Source: Tubiluchus corallicola (taxonomy: Eukaryota; Animalia; Priapulida). Taken from it: a stretch of DNA of 64,000 nucleotides. Below are positions 60,431 through 64,000 of this stretch, one piece after another (positions within the stretch are counted from its first letter, which is position 1; each line of letters starts with the position of its first letter). The stretch lies in the NCBI GenBank assembly GCA_030141605.1, contig JAQGDQ010000574.1, forward strand, positions 1 through 64,000, written 5' to 3'. A program made the translations under genes and the position numbers. The notes under the pieces are model-generated. The model had not been told where the DNA came from, searched no databases, and saw only the letters and a program-made list of their open reading frames with translations.

Positions 60431-61324
60431 TTAGAAAAATATAACAAAGAAATTTACAAAGAACTGCCTATAAAGCATAAATTTAAAATAAACTACCTCT
60501 GAATAGAAATTTTCAGGCATGGTGGTTGCCGCCATTCACTTGAAGATCGTGACGTAACTGGGAGACTTCGTGGCTTTTCGTAAGTGCATCGTGGGTTTCT
60601 GTAATCGTGCGCTGCTTAAACTAATTCAAACTTCTGCAGCTTAATGTTCATGCAAAAATGTTAAAATCAGTTATCTAATATTTTTGTAAAAACTTTTAGT
60701 ACTTTTAATGAAGATTGACAAGGCGCTACTTCTCGTCAAGATGACTTTGGAAGAATGAAAATGGCATTGATAAGCATCCAAGCATGAAGCGATCGCGACT
60801 TTAAAGTGATTTTACTAATTAAATGAGGCACTTATTGCAGTTTTATTACTAAATCCTTCTAACATTTTTTATGAACAATGAAATAAGCCTAACATCTTAG
60901 AACGCTTGACTTTTCCTTTAATTTACAAAATTAGCTCACCATCGTCACTGTCAAGCGAAAAGTTAGCATATCTTGGCACCTGAATGAAATGTAAATAATG
61001 TTTATAACTGCTGCCATCTAGCGGTGGCATCATAAGATGTTTTGCTGCTTGGTAATTTTGATGTAAATAAATTCTAGTGAAACATATCGAATATGAGTTC
61101 TGTGTTTAATCAGTTTGAAAAATATTACTGTTCTATTGTTTATGAAGATTGACTTGTATATTAAAGATTCTTACCACTTTTTTAAGATTCCGAAAATGTG
61201 TAACATGTAATTTCTTTTGTTGCCCGAAGATCAATTTATTAAAGGGTGCACAACGAGTAAGTAATAATGATCACATACATACATATATATGCATCTTAAC
61301 CGGAACGTGACATTTGAGTTAAAG

Positions 61325-61799
61325 CAGGGGTGTGCAAATTGCGGCCCGCAAAGAGATGACCTAATGAAATGATTGTCAACCTAATGAAAGTGCGGCCCGG
61401 GCGATTAATTGAGTGTATCCAGCTGAAGTCCGTGCCACGATCTCAAAGATAGTGCGGGTAGTTTTTTCTACTAGATCGGATGTCATTAACCTTTACAAGA
61501 CGGTTGTAGCTTAATGTCACTGTACTACACAGACTGTATGATACACATTACTAATATGCATTGTAATGAAATTACCACTATCTGTCCTGAAAGTAGAAAT
61601 ATATGCTTTGTAATATAAATTTTAATAACTTCTAAAATAGTTTCTTGAGTGTAGTAGTAATGATGTACGCAGGTCGGATGCAAAAAAATCGTTATTAGGC
61701 CTTTCTATACTTGGCTCCTTGATCAAACTGCCTGTGGCCCGCAGGAATTGCGGGAAAGTTTAATGTGGCCCGGCTAGTCAGATAATTTGCACACCTCTG
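61325..61799. mobile_element. hAT-like MITE with a perfect 8-bp TSD
   Basis: AGTTAAAG|CAGGGGTGTGCAAATT...AATTTGCACACCTCTG|AGTTAAAG. Confidence 0.9.
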
Positions 61800-62572
61800 A
61801 GTTAAAGCAAAGCCATGTGGTGCATCAGTTCAGTAACTTGCCGGATGTTACTTAATTATGCATTAGTCTGTGCATAGAGTAATGTACTAGCGGGATGTTG
61901 CTTGGGAACAAGAATAAATGAACTAGGTAAGGTTCTGTTTAACTGTTACTATTATAACAACAATGGGTGGTGAGGCATTCTCAGGTGTACACAAATACAC
62001 TGTCTGGTACACTCAACCTTTCAGTTTTTCACGATCATCATCAATCGTTGGAACCGTGAAAAGGCTTATCATTCTTCATGTTCATTTGCATCCTGGTTTG
62101 GAAGATAAGTGTCACAGAAAATAAATCATTTGTAAATAAAATACTTTGCTGAAATCAACCATCGATTAAAGTTATTATGTTAAGATTTCCCCGCACATTT
62201 GAAATTATTATTTGTGGGATTCGTTTCTATTCCAGATCAATATTAAAGAACTCCTGCATGTTAAGAAAAATGTCCATTCACAATAAACTAACTAAACGAT
62301 ACTTATGCCATTTGCTAAAATCGCCTAGTTCAACCTGCTGTTACCGACTAGAAAGCTGCAGTGTCAGCAAATGATTGCCCCACTATACATGTGAACCATC
62401 CGAATGCTTCTGTTTTGAAACATTTTATTGAGATTGACGAAAATACAGAAATGCAGCTTGATAAATTGTGCCACAAATAGAGCAAACGAATGAATCTCAT
62501 GTTCCTGTACATTTTGATTCTTTTCAAATTGTTTTATGTTTTCCGTTCATTTTTGACGCTTAAACTATTCAA

Positions 62573-63282
62573 CTCCTTCAGGACCGCATCATTCATAACA
62601 GATCTTATGACCTATGACTTTTCTGCTACTGTATGAGTGCAGACATAACTAAATGATAACAAATTAGGTACTGTTCTATGCAGGAGAATCTCCGTTATCC
62701 AATCATGCTATTTGTTTAAACATTTATAAGTGATTTAATTGGATAAGATTAAGAAAAACACGCCCTTTTCAAGCACTTGAACTTAGCCTATTGAGTAGCT
62801 TAGTCTGGTGTACACTTACGTGATTGTACACACTATTATTGATCGCCTTCTGGCTGCAGCTAAAGAGAACTGTGTGCTGTAGAGAATTCCAGAAAAAGCT
62901 AACCGATCAGTTAAGGACAAATTAAAGTTGTTTCATCTTTTAACAGGAATTTATCCTTAAAATAGAGTAGACTTGAGGCTAAAGTTTATCAGAGTGTTGT
63001 GTGTGGATAGTTGAAATTTTATGCATTAGCTGATTTCACGCAAGTGATACTGTACATTGTTACAGTGCAAACACTGCAGTTACTGAAAGATTTTTTTTCA
63101 ATTTTTTTTTGTCAAAAATCGAATTTTTATTGTCTAAGGTAAGCATTTCACATATAATTTTGCATGAAAATCCAAAACAGAAACCTACAAAAATTATCAA
63201 ATGTAAAATAATCACTGCTTAGTGAGAGCAGTTTCTCATGAACCCATGCAAAATGCAGCAAACGTTTACGGTCCTGAAGGAA
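62573..63282. mobile_element. piggyBac-like MITE, inverted copy of 55463-56121
   Basis: TCAA|CTCCTTCAGGACCG...CGGTCCTGAAGGAA|TTAA. Confidence 0.8.
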
Positions 63283-63424
63283 TTAATGAACGCAAAATGT
63301 TCTGTTAAAAAATAAATCAGTTAATGAGATAAATAAAAATTTACCATACTTTCTTGGTTTGAAGACTAAATGGTGACTCAAGGAAATCTCAAAAGTTTAT
63401 AAGTCAATAGTTTTTTTTCACTAA

Positions 63425-64000
63425 TTAACCTTGCCAGAAAGTTGGTATGTCATCACCTGTTATCACTTTGCGCTCAACTCCTGCCTCAGTTATAGCAGCT
63501 AATCTAATAACGCCACCGCTGGATCCATCACGAAACATCGCCAAAGCCAACGCGTTAGTCACAAAGTCTAAACATTCTTGTTTTGCCATATTTGGCTTGA
63601 ACTTTGCATCGACGAAGCCGTATATGTAAGTGCTACCCGATCCGGCAACGGCGAATGGCTGTTGCACACACATGCCCCCTAGCGGGATGGAGAAAACCTG
63701 CCCACCGTGTTTCTTGTCCCATCCGGCGCATATAATCCCGGCGGTCAGCTGATCGCGATAATTATAACACAGTTCTCTGAATAAGCTAGCGGCCGTTTTT
63801 ACTTCCGGAGGTTCTTGCATTTCAGACTGCAAGAAGTCTAGATGATAAGCTACGATATCAGCTATGGCCTGCGTGTCGGCAGCTGACCCTGATCTGCAGC
63901 AGTAGATTCGATCGGTTATCCTCGTCAGCTTGTCTGAGACTCGGTTAGCTATATACGCGCCCGTCGTAGTTCTGGAATCTGCACCGATGACAACTCCTCC
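63425..64000 (-). CDS. PSMB6: Proteasome subunit beta type-6 (beta1), partial; 5' end beyond the window
   Basis: Continuous frame [26 protein letters not shown]...[12 protein letters not shown]...GSGSTYIYG...[12 protein letters not shown]...FWQG*; no intron in the visible 576 bp. Confidence 0.95.
   Translation of the reverse strand, partial: GGVVIGADSRTTTGAYIANRVSDKLTRITDRIYCCRSGSAADTQAIADIVAYHLDFLQSEMQEPPEVKTAASLFRELCYNYRDQLTAGIICAGWDKKHGGQVFSIPLGGMCVQQPFAVAGSGSTYIYGFVDAKFKPNMAKQECLDFVTNALALAMFRDGSSGGVIRLAAITEAGVERKVITGDDIPTFWQG

Noticed and set aside
58021-60502. Series of 90-aa ORFs and a 168-aa Cys-rich ORF
   Set aside because: Products of the 98-bp and 72-bp tandem arrays

Overview
AT-rich, intron-containing animal genomic DNA, not prokaryotic. 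It is probably a protostome, because it carries a variant ionotropic receptor. I assembled six genes by hand from GT-AG exons with consistent reading phase. Layout: <-ABCD3/PMP70 (13 exons visible, 3' end runs off the left edge) | EFHC2-> <-STK11/LKB1 (8 coding exons, with an intronless ionotropic receptor gene and a partial duplicate of its C-terminus nested antisense in intron 2) | RBM4/lark-like (single RRM plus CCHC knuckle)-> <-PSMB6 (5' end off the right edge). Introns and intergenic space are full of non-autonomous DNA transposons (hAT-, pogo/Tc1-, piggyBac- and Kolobok-like), tRNA-derived SINEs, a bipartite RTE retroelement, a 5S-derived fragment, and many mini- and microsatellites. 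These repeats produce all the long low-complexity ORFs in the track. No new system is proven. The strongest leads are a 28-bp minisatellite built from RFX X-box motifs near a ciliary gene, a strand-specific ACGG motif cluster in the last intron of the RBM4-like gene, the nested ionotropic receptor with a partly homogenised duplicate tail, and an inverted templated copy shared by STK11 and RBM4-like introns.
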